Assembly: GCF_964355755.1 (NCBI RefSeq)
Contig: NC_092676.1
Coordinates: 9,153,888-9,217,887 of the forward strand
Length of the DNA stretch: 64,000 nt
DNA from: Antedon mediterranea
Taxonomy: Eukaryota > Animalia > Echinodermata
Direction of reading: 5' to 3'
The position numbers were made by a program, and so were the translations under genes. Below are positions 35,501 through 49,460 of this stretch, one piece after another; position 1 is the stretch's first letter, and every line of letters starts with the position of its first letter. A model generated the notes under the pieces. It worked only from the letters and a program-made list of their open reading frames with translations. It ran no database searches and was not told the origin of the DNA.

Positions 35501-38266
35501 AACATTTAAAGCTCTGTCTGTCCCCAAATATGGTAGTGATATGACATCATCATATCCATATATGGGCACATCACATTTTTTTACATAAAAGTTGATAGTG
35601 TAGACAGAGCTTTAGGCAATACTTTGTGGTTCAACAAAATGTGAATAAATATCATTTACGATGGAAATTATGCCTGTAGTATTTTATGGGCTATTTCATG
35701 ACACCCTCTAGAACTAATAATTTCAGGTATAATGCCTAATTCTGTCCAGCACAACAAGATTTATACAAGAGTCATAGACACCATTCCAGTGAACTATATC
35801 GTGATTCGATTCGGAAAATATGGATATAAATATAAAAGCCACGTAAAATGTTAAGATACCTGCTGTTATCCGAGAATTTAATGACGTTGTTATCATTGCT
35901 GGTAGCTTGCGTTGACATCACCATCTTGAATAAAGAATGATCTTTTTCTTCTCCATCGATTACCATCTTACCCTTAAAAAACCAATGACGACTATGCTCA
36001 CTAGAAAGAAGACAGAAAGCAAGAAAAAACCATTTGTAGGAATATTTTCAGGAATTTCTAAATACAGTAATGAAAGCTGAGAAATGTTGCATAGATGAAA
36101 AGAATTTAAGTAAAGAATGGTCTATGTCTTAGGATTATCCATGGTTACAAATACTATTTTACATTATTTTAGGCTAGAAGGCAAATAGACAATGCCACAA
36201 TTGTTTTTCACCTGTTTTTTTTTTCAGTTATATATTGAGGCAGATGGTATCTTTGTTCTTTTTGACTGTTTTACTTCATTTACTTTATTTTTACCTCATT
36301 TTGATTTAGCTATTTAGCATATTCTATTTATATCTCTATCCAATCACTGATATACTCACAGCATTGCAATACTGTATTTTCAATAATTTAGGTTTGTATT
36401 AAATAAAGATATTACTTTTACAAGACAGTAAAGAATGTAAATAAATATTCATGACCATCATTCACAGATGGTAAAACTTCATGCGACTAAAACTAAAGTG
36501 CTTTGTACCTGTTAGACTGAGCCAAGTCAAAGAGTTCAACACTTGTTGGATTCCGTTTAACCTTTTCAATAAACATGTTGGTGTAAAAGTCTATGTCCCA
36601 CGTATCAAAGGCAAGTCCTGCAGTAAAGAATAATACAAAATGTTTATAATGCAATATTAATAATAGAAATCTTCATCAACCATTTATTGGTCATGATAAG
36701 CTTTGGTTTATAAATTCAATAACAATGAATTCTTAAATGAACAATGTATCCACAGACCGATTAAATAATTACTGTACTGTAATATTAACTGGTTACTAGA
36801 ACACACTTAAAAGAATATGAAATCATGTTGGATGTTAAGCTAAATGTAATGTTAAAGACCTATTCCCTACAATTTTTGCCTTGTCTTTTCTGTTTTATGG
36901 TAAATTATGATAAAAAGAAAGAAACAATACACATGCACAATGCATGTTATGATTTATAGAAAGTCTCTAAATGATTAGAATCAACTTATTTTTCAAATTT
37001 TTAACAGTTTTAAAGACGAAAAAGTTATCGCATACATATTTATTTTTACATTAAATGTAGTTTGTGACCTATAATTAGATCTAAAAACGTAGGAAATGGG
37101 ACTTTAATCATAATATAATGATATACAGTATCAACACAAAGTTACCTATATTAATTTTAAAGTTAAGTTAATAATAGAAAAAACTGAAATAGAATTAAAA
37201 AACACAGGAGTTTAACACAGTTCAAAGATCATCTATACTTGGGAAACATGATTGAGAGTACTACAATCACCTAATTCTTTGTTTGCCTTTTCCAGAGCAA
37301 CTTTTCCTTCACCTATAACATCAATTTCAAAGACTTCTTCTGGTTTAGCTTTAATTTCAAAGCTGCTGATTGGTTCGTGGTAGCGACATTCCGTCATACG
37401 ATCGTGAAGTACGGCTACCAGTAGCTTCTCTTCCTCGGGGCTGATAGACGCAGCAATGCCATGATCGTCGGCTACGTTTATAAGATAGCGAATAGAACGC
37501 TCAATACGAGTCACATGGTTGATTCCAGCCGATTGGCAGATTGAGACGGCATTTGTTGACCAGGCCGTAGAGAAGTTCAACCTGTGTGTATAAAAATTAA
37601 ACTTATTATATCATATACAGTAGATAGTGTAATGTAATGTCCATGATATTAAATATACAGTCAACATATTCTGCCATGCATGTTTATGCCCACCTTTCTT
37701 AATTTATGCCTATTACCTTATTGAACAACAAAAATTATGACTTTTACTTTTTCAGATATTACCTACCGAATAACAAAACATACAGTATTATTTATTAATA
37801 CTTATTCTCAACTGAAACCGACACTAACACTGTACGACTAGACAAGAAGGGTAATTTGTTAATTAAAAAACATTTTCTGACCTAGGCCCAATTTCAATCA
37901 GAAGTCCATCAGGTTCTTGATCATCTTCAACTATGATTGACTTGGTCAGCAGACTAAATTCTTCAAAAGGGGTACCTAAGATCCATTGTATTTTCTTCTG
38001 TTCTTCACCACTGAGTCAATCTATGAAAATAATACACAGTTTAATTGACATTTTCAAAATAATATTAGTTTGGCAAAACAATTTATTAAAATTTAAATTA
38101 GAAAGGAAGAGTACCTACCTCCGTTTACTTCCACATTAAAACAAATTTCCGTTTTTAAATCTTGCAATTTAGAATTTTCCAACTGCTTTGCTAATTTCTT
38201 CCACAAAACATTTGAAGCCCCTGGGAGTAATGCCGGACTTTTATAAAACCGAGTAATGATAGTCAT
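29572..38266 (-). pseudogene. PFAS: PFAS copy 2, probably defective (splice-acceptor loss, 4-aa deletion, E>K)
   Basis: Same exon structure as copy 1. The acceptor of the HDISDGG exon reads ttgtGG instead of ttgtAG (31680). AMCE is missing and AVEASNG is AVKASNG (34776-34778). Confidence 0.75.
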
Positions 38267-39064
38267 ATTCTTTAAAAAAATAAATTATTAAATATTAGAT
38301 CTATATTATTTTATATATTATTATTTATTATTATTGATGTTTACACTAAAAAAGTATAACTATAAAGTATATGACTTATAATAATAATAATAATAAGCTT
38401 TATTTAATCACGGATACTTAACTTCAACTGAAAGTTGTTTTTCAGTAAGACCGTGTTTAAAGGAAAACACCAACAAAAATAAATGTAAAAAGACCTTAAT
38501 TACTATCAAAAGAGATAAAAAAACAAAAAAACAATTACAATGAAATAAAATGAACCAAGGGTACACTTACTAACTATAAAATTAAATAATACACTACATT
38601 TAAATAAAGCTACATGAAATTAGCAGTTAACAGTTTCTTAAAAAGAGAGACACTGTTCACATTTTTAATATCTTCATTTAGCTCATTCCTAACCTTGGCA
38701 CCTCTATATGATAAGCTACGTTTTTGGTTTTGGTACTATTAAATTTGCCTTAGTTCTAATATTATAGTAATTGTTTTTGATATTGAATTTATTTTTATTA
38801 AATATGGAGGTGCAAGGTTGTTCATAATCTTAAACATAACAATAGCTTCATTTACATATAATATTTCATCTAAGTTCATCCAATTTAGACTTTGTAGAGC
38901 TTGAGTACTAGAGTGATCTGTAATTCGCGTAGCTTCAGAGTCGATGTGGCAAGGTTAGATGGTGGTTGTTGTACGGTATCACCAAGCACATCAAACGTGT
39001 TACTTGAGATTGTGCTAATGCCATTTTGTTTACAGTATAGATTAGGTTTAGATACAAACTTTTT

Positions 39065-40727
39065 GGGTATTGCTAAACTGCGCAAACAACAACAAAAGCT
39101 GCGCAAACCTCCTTCAAAACAATTATTATTGATTAGAACACAACTAGAACTATATAGGGAGACAATTTATGGGAAAAAGAATTTAAAATTCCTTTAAGTT
39201 TGCCTTTTTTTGGGTGAAAAACTTCAATTTTTGGGAAAATTACTGATTTAACAGCGCAAAGAACAAAAAAAGCTGCGCAAACCTCTCTCAAAACAATTAA
39301 TATTGATAGAACACAACTAGAACTATATAGTGAGACAATTTATGAAGAAAAAAATTGAAATTCCTTTAAGTTTGCCTTTTTTTGGGTGAAAAACTTCAAT
39401 TTTTGGGAAAATTACTGATTTCACAGCGCAAACAACAAAAAAAGCTGCGCAAACCTCCTTTAAATCAATTAATATTGATTAGATAACAACTAGAACTATA
39501 TAGGGAGACAATTTATGGGAAAACAAATTTGAATTTCCTTTGAGTTTGCCTTTTTTTGGGTGAAAAACTTCAATTTTTGGGAAAATTACTGATTTCACAG
39601 CGCAAACCCCCAAAAAAGCTGCGCAAACCTCCTTCAAAACAATTAATATTGATAGAACACAACTAGAACTATATAAGGAGACAATTTATGGGGAAAAAAA
39701 TTGAAATTCCTTTAAGTTTGCCTTTTTTTGGGTGAAAAACTTCAATCTTTGGGAAAATTACTGATTTCACACCACAAACAACAAAAAAAGCTGCAAAACC
39801 TCCTTCAAAACAATTAATATTGATAGAACACAACTAGAACTATATAGGGAGACAATTTATGGGAAAAAAATTGAAATTCCTTTAAGTTTGCTTTTTTTTT
39901 GGTGAAAAACTTCAATTTTTGGGAAAATTACTTATTTCACAGCGCAAACAAAAAAAAAAGCTGCGCAAACCTCCTTTAAATCAATTAATATTGATAGATA
40001 ACAACTAAACTATATAGGGAGACAATTTATGGGAAAACAAATTTGAAATTCCTTCAAGTTTGCCTTTTTTGGGTTAAAAACTATTAATGTTAAGTAAACT
40101 TAAAGGAATTTCAAATTTGTTTTCCCATAAATTGTTTCCCTATATAGTTCTAGTTGTGTTCTATCAATATTAATTGATTTAAAGGAGGTTTGCGCAGCTT
40201 TTTTTGTTGTTTGTGCTGTGAAATCAATAATTTTCCCAAAAATTGAAGTTTTTCACCCAAAAAAAAGAAAACTTAAAGGAATTTCAAATTTGTTTTCCCA
40301 TAAATTGTCTCTTTATATAGTTCTAGTTGTTATCTAATCAATATTAATTGATTTAAAGGAGGTTTGCGCAGCTTTTTTTTTAGGTTTGCGCTGTGAAATC
40401 AGTAATTTTCCCAAAAATTGAACTTTTTACCCAAAAAAAGGCAAACTTAAAGGAATTTGAAATTTTTTTCCCATAAATTGTCTCCCTATATAGGTCTAGT
40501 TGTGTTTTAATCAATATTAATTGATTTAAAGGAGGTTTGCGCAGCTTTTTTTGGAGGTTTGCGCTGTGAAATCAGTAATTTTCCCAAAAATTGAAGTTTT
40601 TCACCCAAAAAAAGTCAAACTTAAAGGAATTTTATATTTTTTCCCCATAAATTGTCTCCCTATATAGGTCTAGTTGTGTTTTAATCAATATTAATTTTTT
40701 TGTTGTTTGCGCAGTTTAGCAATACCC
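39065..40727. mobile_element. Foldback element, unit 2 copy (1,663 bp)
   Basis: Same TIR and TSD; different arm copy numbers from unit 1. Confidence 0.9.
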
Positions 40728-40982
40728 AACTTTTTAGGTAGTTCAAATTCAGGTTCACTTGCAATATTCTGTAAACTAAGAATTTGTTGCTCAAGAGACC
40801 AGTTTCTTTCACTCATTTCTTTAAAAGCTTTACTAAGGTGAACAAAATTTGAATGGATTTCTTGAATTAGTGTAGCTGTTGTTTTAATTCAGAAACTTTC
40901 TCATCAGTTTGCTTTATTTTCAGCTTTAGTGATGGGATCTGGTCCCATTATTTAGGTGTTTGAGTTGAACAATCAATTGCTT

Positions 40983-43692
40983 TCACAAACTCAGAGGATT
41001 TACAATTCTGACTGTAATCGTTGAGTGTTATTTCTTCAATTAACGGCGCTGTTCCAATATTTAGCTCGTCTTTTTTTATTTCCTTTCATAATCATAGCTT
41101 AATTTTCTGAATAGATCAATATTATCAGGAGTCGATGTTTCAAATGCAAGCCTATCAAAATGACTTCTAAGTTCATCATATGCAAAGCCATAAAAGCTAG
41201 AGTTTGTTGTATCTAGAATGCTTGGAGCTTTTATATGACCATAGCTAGGCCACTGGTTTTCCATTGTTAGCTTTGTTTGAAATTGGGCGGAAAAAGCTTG
41301 TGTACTTACTTGAACAATAGAAAGCTGGTGTATCAATTGTTCTTGCTTGAGCCTAAGATCCTCAACATGAAAAAACACTTAATATCCTGCTTATAATATT
41401 GACTTTGACAATAAAAATTACATCTCCGTGTTGAGAAAATAACAGTTTAGACAATTTATCAGTCACTAGGTGGTAGAAAGTTGAAAACTATTTTATGGAG
41501 AAGATTTTTCAATAGCTTTTTTCAAGAGCTTCTTGGCTTGGCTAAGTCGAAACTGGTTTTAATTAATTAATTTTATCCTAAAAAAGTACAAGATTGCCCA
41601 TATATTATTAGGCTATCTAGGACCAGGTTCTTTCTATGAATATAGGCTAGGCTATATTTATATGTAACTCGGCGTTTACGCCAAAAAAACATGAGCCTGG
41701 TTTTTATTTAGTAGGCCTAGCCTAGTCGACAACATCATTCCCGCACTTTCATCGTTCATTTTATAAGTTGTCCGTCCTAAATAAGGGCCTAGCTAGGCTT
41801 ACCTAGCCCATTAAGCCTAGCCTAAATTGTAGTCATCAGAAAGAGCACTAATAAAAAAAACAGATGCACAATAAGTAATCACAAACTCAGAGGATTTACA
41901 ATTCCGACTGTAATCGTTGAGTGTTATTTTTTCAATTAACGGCGCTGTTTCAATATTTAGCTCGTCTTTTTTTATTTCCTTTCATAATCATAGCTTAATT
42001 TTCTGAATAGATCAATATTATCAGGAGTCGATGTTTCAAATGCAAGCCTATCAAAATGACTTCTAAGTTCATCATATGCAAAGCCATAAAAGCTAGAGTT
42101 TGTTATATCTAGAATGCTTGGAGCTTTTATATGACCATAGCTAGGCCACTGGTTTTCCATTGTTAGCTTTGTTTGAAATTGGGCGGAAAAAGCTTGTGTA
42201 CTTACTTGAACAATAGAAAGCTGGTGTATCAATTGTTCTTGCTTGAGCCTAAGATCCTCAACATGAAAAAACACTTAATATCCTGCTTATAATATTGACT
42301 TTGACAATAAAAATTACATCTCCATGTTGAGAAAACAACAGTTTAGACAATTTATCAGTCACTAGGTGGTAGAAAGTTGAAAACTATTTTATGGAGAAGA
42401 TTTTTCAATAGCTTTTTTCAAGAGCTTCTTGGCTTGGCTAAGTCGAAACTGGTTTTAATTAATTAATTTTATCCTAAAAAAGTACAAGATTGCCCATATA
42501 TTATTAGGCTATCTAGGACCAGGTTCTTTCTATGAATATAGGCTAGGCTATATTTATATGTAACTCGGCGTTTACGCCAAAAAAACATGAGCCTGGTTTT
42601 TATTTAGTAGGCCTAGCCTAGTCGACAACATCATTCCCGCACTTTCATCGTTCATTTTATAAGTTGTCCGTCCTAAATAAGGGCCTAGCTAGGCTTACCT
42701 AGCCCATTAAGCCTAGCCTAAATTGTAGTCATCAGAAAGAGCACTAATAAAAAAAACAGATGCACAATAAGTAATCACAAACTCAGAGGATTTACAATTC
42801 TGACTGTAATCGTTGAGTGTTATTTCTTCAATTAACGGCGCTGTTTCAATATTTAGCTTGTCTGTTTTTATTTCCTTTCATAATCATAGCTTAATTTTCT
42901 GAATAGATCAATATTATCAAGAGTCGATGTTTCAAATGCAAGCCTATCAAAATGACTTCTAAGTTCATCATATGCAAAGCCATAAAAGCTAGAGTTTGTT
43001 ATATCTAGAATGCTTGGAGCTTGTATATGACCATAGCTAGGCCACTGGTATTCCATTGTTAGCTTTGTTTGAAATTTGGCGGAAAAAGCTTGTGTACTAA
43101 TACTTGAACAATAGAAAGCTGGTGTATCAATTGTTCTTGCTTGAGCCTAAGATCCTCAACATGAAAAAACACTTAATATCCCGCTTATAATATTGACTTT
43201 GACAATAAAAATTACATCTCCATGTTGAGAAAACAACAGTTTAGACAATTTATCAGTCACTAGCTGGTAGAAAGTTGAAAACTAATTTATAGAGAAGATT
43301 TTTCAATAGCTTTTTTCAAGAGCTTCTTGGCTTGGCTAAGACTGTCGAAACTGGTTTTAATTAATTAATTTTATCCTAAAAAAGTACAAGATTGCCCATA
43401 TATTATAGGCTATCTAGGACCAGGTTCTTTCTATAAATATATGCTAGGCTATATTTATATGTAACTCGGCGTTTACGTCAAAAAAACATGAGCCTGGTTT
43501 TTATTTAGTAGGCCTAGCCTAGTCGACAACATCATTCCCGCACTTCCATCGTTCATTTTATAAGTAGTCCGTTCTAAATAAAAGGGCCTACCCTAGGCCT
43601 AGCTAGCTAGGCTTACCTGCCCATTAGGCCTAGCCTAAATTGTAGTCATCAGAAAGAGCACTAATCAAAAAACAGATACACAATAAGTAATC
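40983..43692. repeat. 896-bp tandem triplication inside unit 2 (at least 2 copies in unit 3 from ~62475)
   Basis: ORFs at 41076, 41972 and 42868 are spaced 896 bp apart; junction gtaatca|caaactcag; single copy in unit 1. Confidence 0.93.
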
Positions 43693-44390
43693 AATGATAT
43701 ATCAATATTTTAACACACAAACAGAAAATGAAACCAACTTACAGTATGTTTAGAACGGGGCTAAGCTTGCAAACAAATACTGTGTAGGCTAGGCCTACTA
43801 CTCTCTCCGCGAGCGTAAACATCATTTAATCCACATGTGTTCGGTCATAGAGAAAAGTTTACTTTCTATTGACTATGCATGGTTCGGTACGGTCTGATGA
43901 TTTTGAAGAGCGCCACCAATAATTTAGTAAGTGAGTCAAAAGGTTGATACGAAGAATTAATAATGTCATTGAATGATATAATAATTGCATAATAATAAAG
44001 TAATACTAATTATAATCGAATGAAGAAATGATACATTTATTCTATAATATCATTCGTAATAAAAAAAATTTACACAATTACGATTATTGACTCATTTAAA
44101 ATCATGAACGATGCGAGTTGCGAACCTTTCAATTGATTTGATTAAAAATGACTATAGGAGGCTCCAAATATCTACGAAATATGTTATCCGAGATACAGAA
44201 CAAAGAATTTGTAAACCAATTGAATATTTTTAATGACAGTAAATATGAAAATGTGTGTGTTTATTAGAGTGTGCATATCCATTCAACAGTATCGACTGTA
44301 AACATCGTGAGGTGGTTTCCACATTCGTATGATCAAACGGTACAGGGTATGATCAACTAGCGTTCGTGTTCCCACCTATAATCATCCATT

Positions 44391-44422
44391 CATAGAAGTA
44401 CTGATGAAGATATCAATCTGTG
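44391..44422. mobile_element. 32-bp remnant (putative excision footprint) of the 3.7-kb element in unit 2
   Basis: catagaagtactgat|gaagatatcaatctgtg equals unit 1 19262-19276 joined directly to 22978-22994. Confidence 0.75.
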
Positions 44423-44707
44423 GCAACAATAGAATGGACCCGAGACCTGGCTATCTTCGACTTTTAAATGATAGAAAGTTTTGAAAATTTTGTTTCTAGA
44501 AATGTACGTTGTATGATGTATAGGCCTATGTTTATTAAAAAATTGTTGTAGTTTTCTAAATTACATTGTACAAGTTGCGAAGAGGAAACTGTTATTTGAT
44601 CGTAAGTTAACGTGTACATAAAGCAAAACTATCCATCCATAGGGTCATTTATCTTTTGCTAATTAATCTCCTCTTGCTTGATTGCACTCAAGCAACAATA
44701 CTACCAT

Positions 44708-45563
44708 TGTAATAGCACAATGGAAGATTAAAAGATAAACTAAATCACACAGTACAGTCTAAATACTAAAACAACTAAAACAATTCAATACAAAACTTAA
44801 TTTAAAGGTATTAGATCAGGCATCAAGTCTGCCCAAAATAATGATAAAAGTATGCACATCACTCACCTAAAATAGAGAGCCAATATCCTCATTGAGTGCA
44901 TGGAGGTATACCTCCATGTTGAGTGTAATAAAAATAACTTCAAAACTTTAAGTGTACAAACTGTACAACGTGTAAATATCACAATCTTCTTTAGCTTGAA
45001 TTGTACTTTAAACTTAGTACTCTTTTAGTATACCGTATATAATATATATATATATGTCTTTCAGTACTTTCAAATAGGTTCTCGAACTCAACGTTGTTCG
45101 AAATGTAAAAGTATATAAAGTTGAAATTTAATTAAAGTTGGAGTGTCCAGCACGTCCGATGGCAAGAGGCAAAGAGAAAGAAATCTCCCAAAACATACCC
45201 TAATGTCATCCAAAATTGTCAAACAAGGTTTACCCCTATTGGTCCATTCTTGTTACTAGGCAAAACTCAAGAGGGGTAAATTGACCGATTGGTCAATTCC
45301 CAAATTTAGGACCTCCCATTTAAATAGATAAACATGTAAGAAGATTAAAACAGAACAAAGAGAATTCTTAAAAGGATTAATTAACAAAATGATTAAAACA
45401 TATGCAGTTCCAAGGAAAAGCAATATAATGCAAACATCTTAATGCTATATTGATAAACAATCTTGCCCACCCACTGCACCCAGCTGCATTACATTGTAGG
45501 TACATTGGAAAATAATAAAAAGTAAAGGAAAAGAAAACATGTCTAAAACATGACAGGGTTACA
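44708..45563 (-). mobile_element. LTR, unit 2 copy (about 30 bp longer)
   Basis: Same termini and the same adjacent PPT at 45564-45577. Confidence 0.65.
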
Positions 45564-47434
45564 TCCTCCCCTAACTTAAATTGCTACCTTCGGGAGCAAA
45601 AACACAAAATATCAAACATTACAAGTAGAGTCACCAGTCAAAGTGGAAAAAAAAAAAGGATTAAAATCGTATCTGTTTAATTTATCTTGGTGAACAGGAA
45701 GTGTGATATAAACTCATTCTGCCTGGACACAATTTCAGTAATATTCACAATAACTTTTTCGTTATTAAGTTGATTGCTATAGTCTTGAATTTTTTGAAGA
45801 ATTATTATAGATTTTTTTGCAACAAAATCTTTCCAGTAGTTCAAAAGTTATGATAAAATATCTAATTTTTCTGAGATATCCTTGTGGCTATTCTAATTAT
45901 TACACACACCCCACTGCTCAAATGCATGTTGGCTATTCCAAACTTGCTGGCTAGTCTGAAGATAGTACAGTTGGTAGGGATTCTCATAGAGATATTTTCA
46001 CTATAATATATCTATGGCATTCTCAATGTGTACACATAAGTAATTAAATAATTCCTTGCTGTTGGAAGTTTATTTTTAATATCAATAAAGTAAATAACAA
46101 AATAAAGAATTAGCTATAATTATAACACATTTAAAATGAATGCCTTTTATAATTAGTTACCTAAAGTAACTTTACTCCACTTTTTTTTACATATAATATA
46201 ATAATTTATTTGGAAGCTACACTTTTGAAACAGTGGCACACTTCTTGAATGAAGGTGCATCCAGAGTAAGTAAAATAAATAAATATTATTTAACAATAGG
46301 CCTATTAGTACAAGAGTCAACTTATTTGACAAAAGAACGCATTTCAATTAGTCAATTTACATGTTGAAAAATAATCAAAATATTCATTAAGTACCTAAAT
46401 ATAATTACAATTTTCACTTTAATGTGTTTTTATTATTCTGTGCCTGCTAATTTTTTAGATAGACAATATAATGAACAAAGAACAGAATCCAATAAACATT
46501 AAAGGAAATGAACTAGGCCTACAGACCTATTGTTAATTTGTAGAGTCCTATGAAAAGAAATTTGAAGAACAAAAGGCATAATGGGTGGAAACCATTATAC
46601 AGAATATAATAGATGATATCAGTAATGTGTAAATGTACTGGTGGTGTAAAGAAAAGGTAAAACAAAAAGAGATATCTTTTGATTTGTTAAATCTAGGCCA
46701 GTAGGTAGGTAGGTCTGTTACCATGTTTGTTTAAAACAATCAGGACAGACGATGGACTCGGACAGCCAGGCCCATAAATAAAATAGGGAGAGGCTTAGGC
46801 CATTCCTAGACATAACCGCAAAATAATCAATTAAACTCTTAAAATCAATCTAACCCCAATAAACTGAACTTAAATAATCTTTTCTATATCAGTAAAATCG
46901 TGCGTGAACTATAGTCAAAACCCGCTAAAAACTCGGGCCTGTCGCGTTGGGCCCAATGTTGGTAGCAGGCTACTTATCCATGTGTGTATTATCGTTTACA
47001 TTTTCGTTGGAGATTTTCAGTGTAGTTTTGAAAAGAAATGATGTTAGTCTTATACTAATACTAAATTAATTAGATTATTTTACGGAAAATATATTTTTAT
47101 TAAAATTATAATTTTAATCGCAGAAAATAAATTTTGGAGAGTTTAACATAAATAAAAAGCCTGATTGATAACAAAATAATTGCATCACCTTTTATTTTAA
47201 CCCTGTGAAATGCGATTGTGTTTTGAAACTATAGGGTGGGTGTTTTCCAATGTTATTTTTAGTGCGCATATTTTGCTCACCACCGGCATCTGTGCTTATT
47301 TTTGAAATACTTAATAATAGATAAAATACATTTTAATATATAATAATATAAAATATATATTATATAATATAATTTTATTTATATGAATTTTATTGCGTAT
47401 TTATTTTAAAATATGCAAATATGCCTCAATTATT

Positions 47435-49460
47435 AGTGACAAAGGACAAGGAAGCCCGGGTCAAAAACATATTCACACGTCGTCCACGATAAACACATTT
47501 TAAATTTAAAACAAAACATAGTAATTATTGTAATTTTGAATTGGTATAGGTCACATCTTTAAAATATAAGTTTCCTAATAATTATCTTCTAATGATCATG
47601 AATTATTATTAAAATAAAATATACATGTCACATGTCGCCCTGCCAAACTAAACTTTATGAAAGGAGCTTTGCGTTGCGTGTGTAAACTCTCCAGAGTCAG
47701 GAGAGTTAGCCTGCTAAACTTTACATTGGAAGAATAGGGATGGAGCTTTGCGTCCGCAAACTCTCCAGAGTCACGAGAGAGTTAGCCTGCTAAACTTTAC
47801 ATTGGGAGAATAGGAAATAGAGCTTTGCGTCCGCAAACTCTCCGGAGTCACGAGAGAGAGTTAGCCTGCTAAACTTTACCGGAAGAAAGGCGATTGTTTC
47901 GCCTGAACGGTTTTCTATTCAAAGCATACAGGCAAGCATTGCACTGGTAGGTGGGGGGAAGACAACAGATAGAACAGCATTCGTGTTCTAAGATCTTGGC
48001 TCTTTAAGGAAATTAAATATACTTTTCTTACTTTCAAAATACGTTATATTTGATGGATTTTTACAAATCAAGGATAAATTTGTATGTTTTAAATACTTCT
48101 AAACACATTTATCTTGTTTAAAGTGATGAAATATGTTTCTGAAAAAAGTTAGGATATGCTGTAAAAACTTGTAGTAGGCCTACACATGTTATCAGGGATG
48201 GGTTCAACAGACTGTGAAAGTTCAGTAATAGTAGGTTCAACAATAGGTTCAATAATGGGTTCAATATTAGGTTCAATAATAGGAGTATCATTAGGTAAAT
48301 CAATAATGGGACTTGGAAGAATCTCGGTATCTTCAAAACAAAGTTGAGAAACAGACACAGGCTCAGGGCAAGGTTGGAGGGATCATGGTGCGGAATCTAA
48401 ACAAGATTGCGGGATGAGTAGAGGTTCAGAACAAGATTGCGGGATGAGTAGAGGTTCAGCACAAGCCACAGGAGAATCAAGAATAGTGACAGAAAGTTTA
48501 GGACTGGGTACAGATGATACTGGGGAGTCAACTACAGCTGGCTCTACATCTGTTGCAACTTCACTTGCTTCTTTAACATCAAACTCACAAAAACTGACGT
48601 GACTACAGACTCGATGCTCTCGTCAAAGAACGCATTTACAGGACTACTATCAGTGGAAACATTTCCAGCACTAATATGAGATATATAGCAGGAGTAGTTT
48701 CATGGACAAATTCTTGGGCATCTACATTCAGCGGAAAATGGGGTGAAATGGACGAAACTGTAAACGTTTCTACAGGGAGTGTGACTGAGAAGTCTAATGA
48801 GACTAGCATTGTAACCTCCTTCTCACTGGATTCACCACTGTCATCATGCTCGCTCTCAGTGACATGAACTTTTGCCTTAGACCGCGTGTAATAGGGCGGT
48901 TTATCTTCTGTTTAGTAGGTTTTGCTGGTGGATCTTCTTTGTTTAAATAGTCGATGGGCAGAAGTATGTTTCGATGTAGTGTTCGTAGGCCTACTCGACC
49001 ACTATTTGATTCTGGCTTCACACGGAGTCCCACTGGTCAGCGAGTTTGTGTTTACCCTGTAGTCCCAGATTTCGAATCAACACTCGATCACCTGGATGAA
49101 GATCATTGACTCGTACTTTCAAATCATGTCGAACTTTGTTCTTGCGTGCTGACTTCGCTGCCTCTTCAGATGCCATTTGATAGGCAAGCGATAGTTGGTC
49201 TCTCAGATCGTTGACGTACTTTATGGGGTCAGCGTTACCAAATCCATCTGGGCTAATTCCAAACCGTAAGTCAACAGGAAGTCTCGCCTCTCGTCCGAAC
49301 ATCAGAAAATAAGGTGAGAAACCTGTACTGTCATGCTTCATACAGTTGTAAGCATGAACCAAAGCACTGATATAGCGACTCCAGCTTTCCTTCTTTTCGC
49401 CTTCGAGTGTATACCTAACATATTCATTAAAGTTCGATTAAAGCGTTCAGGTTGTGCTAG
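47435..49460 (-). mobile_element. Gypsy remnant, unit 3 copy (retains GREARLPVD)
   Basis: ORF 49018-49362 MVHAYNCMKHDSTGFSPYFLMFGREARLPVDLRFG...; 7 bp present here are deleted in units 1 and 2. Confidence 0.87.

Larger units (their letters stand above)
24104..45563. repeat. Tandem segmental duplication unit 2 (21,460 bp)
   Basis: Colinear with unit 1; lacks the 548-bp MITE and the interior of the 3.7-kb element; has an extra 896-bp internal triplication. Confidence 0.97.

Noticed and set aside
41076-43056. Repeated 100-aa ORF as a novel tandem gene family
   Set aside because: It has a stop codon in unit 1, is truncated in the third repeat, and is part of the decayed LINE ORF1-like frame amplified by the 896-bp duplication.
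23280-45563. Giant LTR retroelement that captured PFAS (LTR-PFAS-integrase-PPT-LTR)
   Set aside because: PFAS retains all its introns, the TGGTAG after the LTR is too short for a PBS and is absent in unit 1, and the integrase remnant has its own candidate PPT/LTR. Tandem DNA duplication explains the layout.
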